This document shows positions 51,483 through 64,000 of a stretch of DNA of 64,000 bases, piece by piece; position 1 is the first letter of the stretch, and each line of letters starts with the position of its first letter. Source of the DNA: the human T2T-CHM13v2.0 reference genome, Homo sapiens. The notes under the pieces were generated by a model. The model had not been told where the DNA came from. It worked only from the letters and a program-made list of their open reading frames with translations, and did not search any database. The stretch lies in NCBI RefSeq assembly GCF_009914755.1, contig NC_060944.1; one strand, written 5' to 3'. The translations under genes were made by a program, and so were the position numbers.

Positions 51483-53212
51483 AAAAAATTTTACTTTAAG
51501 TTCTGGAATATATGTGTAGGATGTGCAGGTTTGTTACATAGGTGTACATGTGCCATGGTGGTTTGCTGCACCTATCAACCTGTCATCTAGGTTTTAAGCC
51601 CCACATGCATTCAGTATTTGTCTTAATGCTCTCCCTCCCCTTGTCCCCCACCCTCTGGCAGGCCCCGATGTGTGATGTTCCCCTCCCTGTGTCCACGTGT
51701 TCTCATTGTTCAACTCCCACTTATGAGTGAGAACATGTGGTGTTTGTTTTTCTGTTCCTGTGTTAGTTTGCTGAGAATGATGGTTTCCAGCTTCATCTAT
51801 GTCCCTGCAAAGGACATGAACACATTCTCTTTTATGGCTGCATAGTGTATGTGCCACATTTTCTTTATCCAGTCTATCACTGATGGGCATTTGGGTTCCA
51901 ATTATTTGCTATTGTAAATAGTGTTGCAATAAACATATGTGTGCATGTGTCTTTATAGTAGAATAGTTTATAATCACTTGGATATATACCCAGTAATGGG
52001 ATTGCTGGGTCAAATGGTATTTCTGGTTTTAGATCCTTGAGGAATCACCATACTGTCTTCCACAATGGTTGAATTAATGTACACTCCCACCAACAGTGTA
52101 AAAGCCTTCCTATTTCTCCACAGCCTCGCCAGCATCTGTTGTTTCCTGACTTATTAATGATTGCCATTCTAATTGGCATGAGATGGTATCTCATTGTGGT
52201 TTTGATTTGCATTTCTCTAATGACCAATGATGGTGAGCTTTTTTTCATGTGTTTATTGGTTGCATAAATGTCTTGACACATGTCTCTTCATATCCTTTGC
52301 CCACTTTTTGCTGGGGTTGTTTTTATATTGCAGTTCCTTGTAGTTCCTTGAAGATTCTGGATATTAGCCCTTTGTCAGATGGATAGATTCCAAAAATTTT
52401 CTCCCTTTCTCTAGATTGCCTGTTCACTCCAATGATAGTTTCTTTTGGTGTGCAGAAGCTCTTTAGTTTAATTAGATCCCATTTGTCAATTTTGACTTTT
52501 GTTGCAATTGCTTTTGGTGTTTTAGTCATGAAGTTTTTGCCCATGCCTATGTCCTCAATGGTATTGCCTAGGTTTTCTTCTAGGGTTTTTATGGTTATAG
52601 GTTTTACATTTAAGTCTTTAATCCATTTTGAGTTAATTTTTGTATAAGATATAAGGAAGGGGCCCAGTTTCTGTTTTCTGCATAAGGCTTGCCAGTTTTC
52701 CCAGCACCATTTATTAACTAGAGAATCCTTTCCCATTGCTTGTTTTTGTCAGATTTGTCAAAGATCAGATGGTTGCAGATGTGTGATGTTACTTCTGAGG
52801 CCTCTGTTCTGTTCCATTGGTCTATATCTCTGTTTTGGTACCAGTACCATGCTGTTTTGGTTACTGTAGCCTTGTAGTATAGTTTGAAGTCAGGTAGCCT
52901 GATGTCTGCAGCTTTGTTCTTTTTGCTTAGTATTGGCTTGGCTATATGGGATCTTTTTTTGGTTTCATATGAAATTTAAAGTAGTTTTTTTTCTAATTCT
53001 GCAGAGAAAATCAATGATAGCTTGATGGGAATAGCATTGAATCAATAAATTACTTTGGGCAATATGGCCATTTTCATGATATTGATTCTTCCTATTCATG
53101 AGCATGAATTTTTTTCCATTTGTTTGTGTCCTGCCGTATTTCCTTGAGCAGCGGTTTGCAGTTCTTCTTGAAGAGGTCCTTTGCATCCCTTGTAAGTTGT
53201 ATTCCTAGGTGC
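51483..53212 (-). mobile_element. 5'-truncated L1PA
   Basis: 3'UTR + ORF2 C-terminal peptides ([15 protein letters not shown].., [12 protein letters not shown]). Confidence 0.9.
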
Positions 53213-53231
53213 TATTCTATGTCCACTTTTT

Positions 53232-53517
53232 TTGAGATGGAGTCTCTCTCTGTTGCCCATGCTGGAGTGCAATGGCATGATCTTGGCTCACTGCAACCTC
53301 CGCCTCCTGGGTTCAAGTGATTCTCCTGCCTCAGCCTCCTGAGTAGCTGGGATTACAGGCACGGGATACGAGGCCCAGGTAATTTTTGTATTTTTTTTTA
53401 GTAGAGACGGAGTTTCACCATTTTGGTCAGGCTGGTCTCAAACTCTTGACCTCGTGATCCGCCCGTCTCAGCCTCCCAAAGTGTTGGAATTATGGGCATG
53501 AGCCACCACGCCTGGCA
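53232..53517 (-). mobile_element. AluS element
   Basis: Alu consensus flanked by ATG(C/T)CCACTTTTT. Confidence 0.9.
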
Positions 53518-55237
53518 CCATGCCCACTTTTTAATGGGATTATTTTTAATTGAGTTATTTGAGTTCCTAGTGGATTCTCAATATTAGTCTTTTATCAGAT
53601 ACACTGCAAATATTTTCTTTCATTCTGTAGGTTATCTGTTGACTCTGTTGATTATTTCTTTTGCTGTGCAGAAGCTTTTCAGTTTAATTAAGTCCCATTT
53701 GTCTAAGGTAGTTGATGTTGGGCTTCATTTTGAGGACTTAGTCATAAATTCTTTGCCTAGATCAATATCCAGAAGAGTTTCTCTTAGGTTTTCTTCTGTG
53801 ATATTATTGTTTCAGTTCTTGCATTTAAGTCTTTAATCACCTTGAGTTAATTTTTGTATATGGTGAGAGACAAGGGTCCAGTTTCATGTGTCTGCGTGTG
53901 GCTCTCCAATTGCCCCAGCACCATTTATTGAATAGGGTATCTTTCCCCAGTGTATGATTTCTTAACTTTGTCAAAGACAAGTTGATTGAGGTATCTTTCT
54001 TTATTTCTAGGTGTCTATTTTGTTCCATTAATCTATGTGTCGTTTTTTATATCAGGCCCCTGCTGTCTTGCTTACTATAGCCTTGTAGTATAATGTGATA
54101 CCTCCAATTCTATTATTTTTGTTTAAGATTGGTTTGGTTTTAGGATTTTAGGATTGAATTTTAGGATTTTTTTTCTAATTCTATGAAGAATGATATTGAT
54201 AATTTGATAGGAAGTGCACTGAATCTCTAGAAAGCTTTTGTCAGTATGGTCATTTTAACAATATTGATTATTCAAATCTATGAGCAAGGGATGTTTTTTC
54301 ATTTGTTTGAGTCATCTATTTTTTTCATCAGTGTTTTGTAGTTCTCCTTGGAGAGATCTTTTACCTCCTTGATTAAATGATTTAGGTATTTTATTTTTTG
54401 TAGCTATTATGTATGGCCTCGAGTTCTTAATTTGGCTCTAAGCTTCATTATCATTGGTGTATAGAAGTACTGATTTATATACCTTGATTTTGAATCCTGA
54501 AACTTTAGTAAAGTCATTTATGAAATCTAGGAGTCTTTTGGAGTAGTCTTTAAGGGTTTCTAGGTATAAGACCATATTATTGGCAAACAGAGAAAGTTAG
54601 ACTTTCTCTTTTACAATTTGGATGCTCTTCATTTCTTTTTTCTACGTGATTGCTGTTGCTAGGACTTCCGGTACTCTGTTAAATAGGAGTGGACAGTGGG
54701 CATCCTTGTCCTCTTCCAGTTCCTAGGTGAAACGCTTTCAAGTTTTACCCAATCAGTATGATGTTGGCTGTGGGTTTGTCACATATGGCCTTTATTATTT
54801 TTAGCTATGTACCTTGTATGCTTAGTTTGGTAAGAATTATCATGAAGAGATGCTGTATTTTGTCAAATACTTTTTATGTATCTATTGATATGATCATATG
54901 ATTTTAATTTTAAAGTCTGTTTATGTGGTGAATCATATTTAGTGACTTACATATGTTAAAACAATCTTGCATCCCTTGAATCAAATCCACTTGATTGTAG
55001 TGTATTATCTTTTTGATGTGCTGCTGGACCAGTGTGCTATTATTTAGTTGAGGAATTTTGCATCTATGTTCATCAGGGATATTGGTCTGTAGTTTTCTAT
55101 TTTTGTTGTGTCCTTGCCTGGCTCTGGTGTCACGGTGATGCTGGCTTTGTAGGGTGTTAGGGATGATTCCCTTCTTTTTGATTTTTTGGAAAGATTTCAG
55201 TAAAATCACTATCACTTCCTTGTTGTACGTCTCATAG

Positions 55238-55713
<476 letters not shown>

Positions 55714-56539
55714 CATTTCTTCTACATTTTCTTGTTTGTACACCTAAATTTTATTCTTTCTTCCGCACAACTCAGAGTCTTTTGCATTTTGCTTTCCTGT
55801 CTTTTAAAGGTATCTTTATGTGTATGTATAAAATATTTTATATATTATATAAACATACATAATACATAGTTATATATAATATATATTATATATTATACAT
55901 AAATATGACCCAACTTCTTCTAACTTCACATCTGTATTTCCAGCTCTTTGGGAAGCTTAAATCAACTTCAAAACCTCCACAAATGAACTCACTATCTCAC
56001 GTGCTAAGCTCACCAGCAGCCAGGCACCCAGGATGGAAGCTCTGTCAAGTAGTTCTCACACTCAGTTGGCAAATTCAGATTCCAAAAGTCTCTTGCGGCT
56101 CTCAGACCCCATGCCCTTTCCCAGCCACTGTGCTCAATAGCCCTGTGTTTCCACAGTTCCCACTTCTCTGTCCTGACACACCCTGAGTCTTGGCTCCCTT
56201 TAAAACTGTTGGTTTCAATTTTTAATAATCAGAAAAGGTATAACAAATGCTCTTGCATTCACACAAAAATCAATGGGGTTAGCATATACTTCAGTTTATA
56301 ACAAACATTTCTAAAGTGATTGTACCATCTTACATTCCTGCCAAAGTACAATAGTTCCTCTTGCTCCACAGCCTTGCCTTTGAGGCTGTCAGTTATTTTT
56401 TCCCCCGTTATATCCAGAAATAACCATTGTTAACATTTTCTAATCTCTCTCTCTCTCTTTATATATCAAGATAATGCCACATAGATTATTCCTTATCTTT
56501 TTTCTTTCTAATATAGTATAATGTTCTTCTATATCAAGA

Positions 56540-56760
56540 GATACAGTTGTGTTGGCCAACATCTCCTCAACGTTCCCCCTGCTCCATTCCCTGGTCTTCA
56601 CCATTCTACTCATGGCTTCTATAAGTTTGGCATTTTAGATCCCACATATAAATGAGATGATGTAATGTTTGTCTTTCTCTGTCTGGCTTAACATAATGTC
56701 CTCCAGGTTTATCTATGTTGTCACAATTGACAGAATAACACATGACCTTCTCTGTTGCAT
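56540..56760 (-). mobile_element. L1MA 3'UTR fragment
   Basis: TTTTAGAT.CCACATATAAATGAGAT..TTTGTCTTTCT.TGTCTGGCTTA. Confidence 0.6.
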
Positions 56761-57594
56761 CTCCCCCAGTGCTCTGAATGCTGTCTCTCACACACCCCTT
56801 TCAATATTTTGCTCTCTGCTTAAGAGAGCCCTCTCTGCTATAGGGCAACCACCCTCAATCTCACTAGTGTGGCTCAAAGGCCCTGCTGGGCACAAGGCAC
56901 TGCCCCCACCAGCCTGCACTTCCCACACAGAGACCCTCCACAAGGGAACCCTGCAGATCCCTGCCAGACTGTTCCCTCCCCGCCTCCTTTCTAGCCCTCG
57001 TTCTGAAATGCTTGCTTTGAGCCGCTTCCTCATTCTCAGTCCTAGTCCACAGTCTCAGCACAGGTGCCTTCACTCACAGGAAGCCCCCCTCCTTCGGACC
57101 TCCATCCTCCTAGGCTGGGGCGGGCTCTTACTTGGTGGTGCCTGGCATGATAGCTGCCCATCCCTGGGGTTGTTGCTGTCTGCAGCCTCCCCAGCACCCA
57201 GCACCATGTGAGCACCCAGCACGTGGTGCTTCTCGAAGTAGGCTATGAACTGACGGCCACAACAGAGAATAAGCAACAGATTTGTGTACAGTGTTTATTT
57301 TGCATCATCATCACATTCTTTTAATTCTATAATATATTTTAATATAAGGCATCATGAGTAATTTTCCAAATATTTTTAGTTATTTCAGTTTATTTTTCCA
57401 CAAGACTTTTAGTATCTTCAAAATTATTGTCATGTATTTTGAATGGAACACAATTAACTATAGATTCATTTGAAAAAAATTACCATCTTTACCTTATTTG
57501 TTCTTCCCATACAAAAAAATAAGCTCTAGTCATATTTTATCTCTCTTCTCAGTAAATTTTTCTTACTTTTCACTAAGAACTTGCTCATATCTTT

Positions 57595-58100
57595 AAAAAT
57601 ATTTTATTATGATAAAATACAGATAACATGAAAATTGTCATTTGCACTGTATTTAAGTATAGAGTTTTGCATCATTAAATACATCACATTGGTGTGCGGA
57701 CATCCCCATTCTTCAATGAAAGAATTTTTTATCCTCTCAGATGAAACTTTGTACCCATTAAACATCAACTACCCATTTCCCCTATCCCTTAAGCCTTCCT
57801 TACCACCATTCTATTCTAAGTCTCTGTGAATGTGGCCAGTGTAAGTAGCTCATATAAGTTGGATTACATGGTATTTGTCCTTTTCTTGTCTGATTTATGT
57901 TCCTTTGCATTATTTCCTCAAGGTTCATTCATATCGTGGCATGCGTCATAATTTCCTTTCTTTTTAAGATGGAAGAATATTTCCTTGTATGGGTATATAA
58001 TAGTTTCTTTATCCATTTATTTATCAATGGATATCTGAGTTGCTTCTACCTTTCGGCTATAGCGAATAACATTGTTATGAATATTATGAACAGTATTTTG
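57595..58100 (-). mobile_element. L1MB 3'UTR fragment
   Basis: GAAACT.TGTACCCATTAAAC..CCACCATTCTA..GTATTTGTCCTTTT..TCAAGGTTCAT motifs. Confidence 0.65.
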
Positions 58101-58108
58101 CAAAGTAC

Positions 58109-58665
58109 TGTGATACCTTACCTTGTTTTAATATGAATAGACTCTCCCTTAGCTGAGAAAGCCGGATGGACTCCATTTGGCTCCTTCATTTGCAAGACAT
58201 CAAGGGCTCCTTACCCACCCCCTTCCTCAAGGACTTAAGTTGTGCAAGCTGACTCCCAGCACATCAAAGAGTGCAATTAACTGAGAAGGTACTGTGGCAA
58301 GCTATGTCCACAGTTCCCAAGAATTCACCCAGGTGATAGTACCCCCACGTTTGTGTCGCATAGATAGCACCCAAAAGCCCTCACATCTATCACCTTGTGA
58401 TGAATTTAAAGCCCCTGCACCTGGAACTGTTTGTTTTCCAGTAACCATTTGTCTTTTTAACTTTTTTGCCTGTTTTACTTCTGTAAGATTGCTACAGCTA
58501 GGCTCCCCCTCCCCTCTCTAAACCAAAGTATAAAAGAAAATCTAGCCCCTTTTTCGGGGCCGAGAAAATTTTGAGTGCTAGCCGTCTCTCGGTCGCTGGC
58601 TAATAAAGGACTCCTGAATTAGTCTCAAAGTGTGGCATTTCTCTATAACTCGCTTGGTTACAACA
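58109..58665 (+). mobile_element. Solo LTR6 (HERV-S71 family)
   Basis: TGTGATACC...GGTTACAACA; TATAAAA and AATAAA; perfect TSD GTAC. Confidence 0.8.
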
Positions 58666-59185
58666 GTACCTTTTTCTTTAAAAATATTTCTGTCCATTTT
58701 CTTGCCTCTAGAGGTGAGATTTTGTTCTTCACACATTCCAATTAGTTTTTGCTAGCTTCTAGGAAAACTACTGATGCTTGAATTTTTGCCAGGGATTCAG
58801 CCATGTTGCCAAATACCGATACTGATTTTCATAACATTTAAGTTGATTCTTCTGAGCTTTCTAGACACATGAAGAAATCTTCTACAAATAAGAGTAATCT
58901 CATCTTTTCATTTCCCATACTTTTAGCTAACTCAGTAATATACCTCTTTGCATTTGCAGGAGGTAATGTCTTATGTGTCTTTTTATTCCCAGGACTCAGC
59001 ATCACACAAGGCACCTAAGAGTTGGTTAAGAGGCACTGGCCGAGTAACAATTTGTGCTTCACATGGGGGCATGTGAAATGCTGTCAGGTGTCACCCATCT
59101 TTCCTCCTTTGCTGTATGCATGTCTTACTAACCAATAATTACATAACATAATGCAGGGCTCAGTGTCACTTTTCAAATATACTCT

Positions 59186-62100
59186 TTCATTTATTTCTTA
59201 AGTTACAATGTGCAGTAATGGTAATAATTTTTCCCATTGTACAGATAAATTAACTGAGTCTCCTAGAGATTACATCCCTTGCTCTCTCAGTGGGGCTCCC
59301 CCCGCAGTTTCTCCTTTACCAGTGAGACTTCATTCTCTCAGCTGCTGGGAGTGTGGCCACTGAGGGCTCACAGCTGAGTCCCTCTGTGGGCATTGATCTG
59401 AGTCAAAAGAAGCTGCTTTGTCCAAATTCATGCCCTTCCTGGAATTTCCTATTTCAGATAAATGGCTTCTATGGGGATACAAAGGCCTGATTCTTTTGCC
59501 CCAATAGGCCACCACTCTGAGGCCATCCCCGTTGCAGAGCTCTCCATGGGCCTTGCTGTGGCCTCTGCTGAGCTGCACCCCAGCCTGACTTCTCCCTTTG
59601 CCCTGACCCACATCCCTGCCTCCCCAGCACATGCCTCAGTGAGCCTCTTGCCTGTGAATCTCCATCTGAGTCTATTTCCAGGAACCCTAACCAAGAGATG
59701 GTGGAGTCAGGGCCCACACCACAAATATCCTGCCTTTTAAACTACAGTGGGTGTTAGGTCTGTGAAAGTATGGAACATTTTTGTTTAGGAGATTGGATAT
59801 CTCCCTTCAACAGATGATCCAAATGTTCTCACACCCATGAGACCCGCTGAAGAAAACCAATGCTTCATCTGTAAAGTTACTTGTTACCAAAAATCTCTTA
59901 CTCAGCTGGGTTTTTTTTTTTTTTTGCCTCTTTATCCCTAGTGAAATGAAATCCAAAGTGTCCATCTGTATTGGACTTGGTGAAATATTTTCACATATAA
60001 TTTTCTTTGATCCACCTGATGAGGAAGGTTGGGCAGGTACCAGAAACCCCTTATACTCGTAAGTAAATTAGTAGGAGGTAGGTTGAGGATAAGGTGTCAG
60101 GTCATGTAATTTTCAGCTTAATTATGTTCTTGTCACACAGTAAGCTTCATTTGCCTCCCTGGCTCTGGGACTGACACTAAGTAATGTGTCAGCTCCATTG
60201 CTCCTAGGAGAGTCCTGGCTGCAGATAGCTGGAGTCCTGAGAAACACTGGCTGCCTCTCCCATGATGACACTGGTTATTTACCAAAGGCCGTGGGTGGTG
60301 TTCACAGAGTCGGTGCAGCGTCGTCAGCAGGGGCCCAGGTGTTTTCCTTCCATCTTCTCCATTGTTCCTTGGGCTTTTGTTCTTGGGCACATGGCTCATG
60401 AGTGAAAGGTGGACACCATAGCCCTAGACATCCTGTCTCACACCACAGCCTGAAAGGTGAGGAGTAAGAAGGAGCAGCAGGAGGCCACAGGGCATGAGAA
60501 GAGTGTTGGGGGTGGGGGGAGAGAGTGAGAGAGAGAGAAAACTCCCCTCAGGGAGCCTTTCTCTGTTTATCCAGCAGATACTCTTTTAGTAGTAACCTGG
60601 CCAAGTGCTTGTCAGTTGTTGGCTGGACCTGAGATCTATTTCCCCAGAGGTGAGGAAGGCTTGAAAGTCCATTGCCTCAGGAACAGGCAAGAGGAAGGGA
60701 ATTGACAATGGCTGTTCAGGTTTCCAGAACAAGGTCCCTTAATATGAGAGTTCATTGAGAGCTTATAGAAACTCCACTGTACTCTGAAGTTTATGAATGT
60801 GTTTATGCAGAAGTATGCAAACACACACACCATTTCTACAATTTTCATCAGATTCCTAATGCAATCACTGACTGCGCACCATTTCAATGTGTAAGTATGG
60901 GTGCTGAGATGTGAATGGAATTTTCTGAGCTTGTGCTGAAATTAAATGCAGACCAACCTCTCAAAACTTGGATGTTTCTTACTTTCAACATAACTAAGCA
61001 GCAGACTACCTCCTCCTTACATTCAGTGGAAGTAGAATACAGGAGACTGAAATAGATCAAGCACTCTAAAGCCAAGCTGGAGTCCACCTGCTAATTGCAA
61101 TCATCGTGTCCACAGGAATGATGAGCTCTTTGCTAGTAAACGCTCCTTAGGGAATGTGAGCAAAGATACCCTCTTTTCCCCAGGAGCTCACAGTGTAGCT
61201 GAGAGAGGATCTATTCAGAAATACTCAGTGTCATGAAAAACAAGGAAAAAATGTATTGAATTCTAAATGACTGTTGCAACTCAGGGGGCAGGGGAAACCC
61301 CTGATGCTGAATATCAACTCCTGATTCACTCATAATTAATGTGCTATTAAGCATATGCAGGCATATCAACCACACCAATAGACATTCAGCCATAGCATTT
61401 GTTAGTTTTTAAAATGCAGACATAGGGAGGGTACAATGAAAAACAACCCATATCATCACCCAAACACCCATGGATGACATTTAAAATAATTAGAATAATT
61501 AGAACAACGTGACATTGTAATAACATTCAAATGAAACAGAAAAATGCAAAATTCTTCTCTTCTTTCTTTTTCTTCTCCCTTCTCATCCTCCCTCCCTTTC
61601 TCTCTCTTTCCCTCAGATGTGTTTCTGTGTATACATATGTGTATATGTCTGTGTATATGTCTATATACACACATACACACATGTGTTTATTTTTGTTTTT
61701 GGAAAGAGCTTTGTATTAACATACCATATAGATCTTGTTTTCTATAAAATAATATATTCAAAGTGTATTAAAATTTTTTTTCATTTTAACACATATATTG
61801 CTAATTCTTCTTAACGATGGTTTCATCATGTGCATGCATAATTTATTTATTCCCTCTGCAGTCATGTCATCATTTTGATCATGCTGAAGTTTGTGCTATT
61901 ACCAGGATGCTGCCATCCTATCCACAGGTTTCACTGAGTGCTGGTGACACAATGGATGATGTGAATTCCTAACAGGGATTGGTGTAGGGGGTGGGCATAT
62001 GACCCAGCCCTAGCCAATGAGACTGCAGGGGTGGTGAGCTAGGGGGTGCATAGGAGGAGCCTCCTCACATTCAGGAAGGAGGTGTGGAACAGAGGCTCTT

Positions 62101-64000
62101 CCCAGGGCTCTTTCTGCCTCTGGATGTTGGTGTTGATGATGTGATGTCTGGAGCTGTTGCAACCACCTTGCTACTAGCTTGAGGCTGAAGCTTCAAGAAC
62201 AGGAAGGTAAGGCTGAGAGAATCCCAAGGAAGCAGAGCATATGCTGGGAGTTCTGTTCCTGAAGCCTGCCTCACCCAGGGGCTTCTTATCATGAGAGTAG
62301 AACATTCCCTTTGCATTCAAGACATTTTTAATTAGGGACTTAGTTTACATGTGGCTGAAAGCTTCTCAGCAGGTCCCAAGGCCTCTGCAGTTTCTTCTGC
62401 ATGGTTTCTCCTTCCCTCACCTCTTCTTCAAGTCTCCTTCTACTTTTGTGGCTGGTGGATTTGTCTCCTCCCTCACGTCCTCCTTTGCCCATGCACTATG
62501 CAAGAATACTGGAGTCTGCCCATGTGTGTGTGAGTGGCACAGACAGGAGGGGCGGGCCTGACGTCCCTCCCCGATTATTCTGTTGGCTCCCAGCTGCAGG
62601 CAACACAGATGTAAAACTGTGACCAACAGGTGAGATGACTTGAAGAGATACTTTTTCCAGGACAAACTCCTGCACATTCAATGAGCTAATCAATATAGCA
62701 CATCATGATACATTTGCACAATTTTGAAGCTCACTACACAACAGTGACAGTTTAAAAATGCTGTGTTAGTGAGCATTGTTAATACAAAGAGTCTTTAAGA
62801 TCATCAATCTTATGTCTAGAAAATTTAGAAAGCACTAAAATCTTAGAGTTCACAAATGAGAGGAAACTGCAAGAGGCTTTTACGAATTTGTCAACAATCA
62901 GGAAAGGTTGCAGGATATTACCAATATGAGTTTTGAAGCAGAAAAAGGATGTTATGTACCATTAAGTTCACAGATCATCAAACAGTTAGTGGAAAGACTG
63001 GTTTATCTTTCTGCTATATTTATAAAAGTTCTGGTACAAATTCAATGTCTTATGATGAGGCAAATAGTGATTCATTAGCTGAATATGGAAACATAGGCAG
63101 AAAATATTACAGAGTTGTGTCAACTAGTTAATTAAACAAAAACATTATATGAGACAGTAAAGATCATGTGGATTAAGGGAGGGCAAATCTGCCCTTTCAT
63201 CTGCAGGGTGGATAGATGGACTGATGTGGTCAAAGCCAGTGGCATCATGAACGGGAAACAATGTTTCTCTCAAGCTGCAGCTTTGAAATGTCAAGCAGCT
63301 TCTTCCTTGGCTGACAACTGCTTTCTGACTCAATGGAAGACCTTGTTCTCTAGCGTCAGGGCTGTCAGAAACTTTGCTTATAAGTAAGAAGAACATCCCA
63401 CTGCCTGGAGGATCTAGGTCCACCTTTACACAGAAGCACAGAGCTACAGAGAAGGGGTTTCTGGACAGAACGTTCCACATTTGCCTGAACCTTATGGGTT
63501 CTGAGGAGATAGGAGGAGCTGAGGAGATAGGAGGAGCTGAGTACAATTTGCAGCCCAGACCTGACCCTGGCTCCTTTACACAGAAGCCTGCCATGCTCTG
63601 AGTGCATCAATACACCTTCAAAATCCCTTCCTCCAATCCTGTGATAACCTTTTTTCCTTTGTTTGTTGAATCATGTGAGGATCCTTGTGTGACTTTATTC
63701 CCTTATTGCAACAACCCAATACTGAGTGTGTTGGCTACAGTACTGACTTGGTGGCTGATTATTTTCTGGATTTTGTGGGTGTCTGTTATTTTCTGGATTT
63801 TGTGGCTGTTTGCAGTATATCTCAGTGTTTTAAAAAGTGAGTATTTTGCCATAATTTATTTTCTTTTCCCAAATAAACATTAACTTTTGTGCTTTCTTTT
63901 GTATTGCTAATATTGCTCTATTTTTCATACATAAAGCCCCCATATTGTATGAGCCTCAGGCCCTGCAGCACCTGGTCTGCCTGTGATCATGAAGAGAGTC
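59186..64000. repeat. Cystatin duplicon, copy 3 (extended 3' flank, runs off the window)
   Basis: 59186-62480 matches 36601-41465; 62600-64000 matches 9630-11030 and 42350-44050. Confidence 0.92.

Noticed and set aside
56669-57211. 180-aa ORF
   Set aside because: Non-ATG start inside an L1MA fragment; no recognisable domain

Overview
Human (primate) genomic DNA from the type-2 cystatin cluster. It holds one intact 3-exon gene on the minus strand, CST2 (cystatin SA, 141 aa; CDS 16352-16125, 15015-14902, 13795-13712). About 31 kb away is an unprocessed cystatin paralog (45005-46530, minus) whose exons 2-3 and splice sites are fully intact but whose exon 1, promoter and poly(A) region are deleted. 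A third copy of the cystatin 3'-flank runs off the right end, predicting another cystatin gene just outside the window. The rest is mobile-element rich: an ERV9/LTR12 provirus, solo LTRs (LTR2B/HERV-E, two HERV-K LTR5, MER4, MER31, LTR6), a full-length L1PA, several L1 fragments, Alus, MER33/MER20 and two minisatellites. No prokaryote-type system (CRISPR, operon, RNA genes) is present, and I cannot demonstrate a new biological system. The most notable unexplained structure is a set of short templated insertions in the cystatin duplicons: an inverted 3'UTR copy bracketing pseudogene exon 3, and an intron-2+MER41 fragment with a 16-bp direct repeat. Also notable are a hAT transposase relic carried in each duplicon, a HERV-E LTR just downstream of this salivary gene, and unusual target-site duplications. 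Repeat subfamily names are from recalled consensus sequences and need RepeatMasker confirmation.
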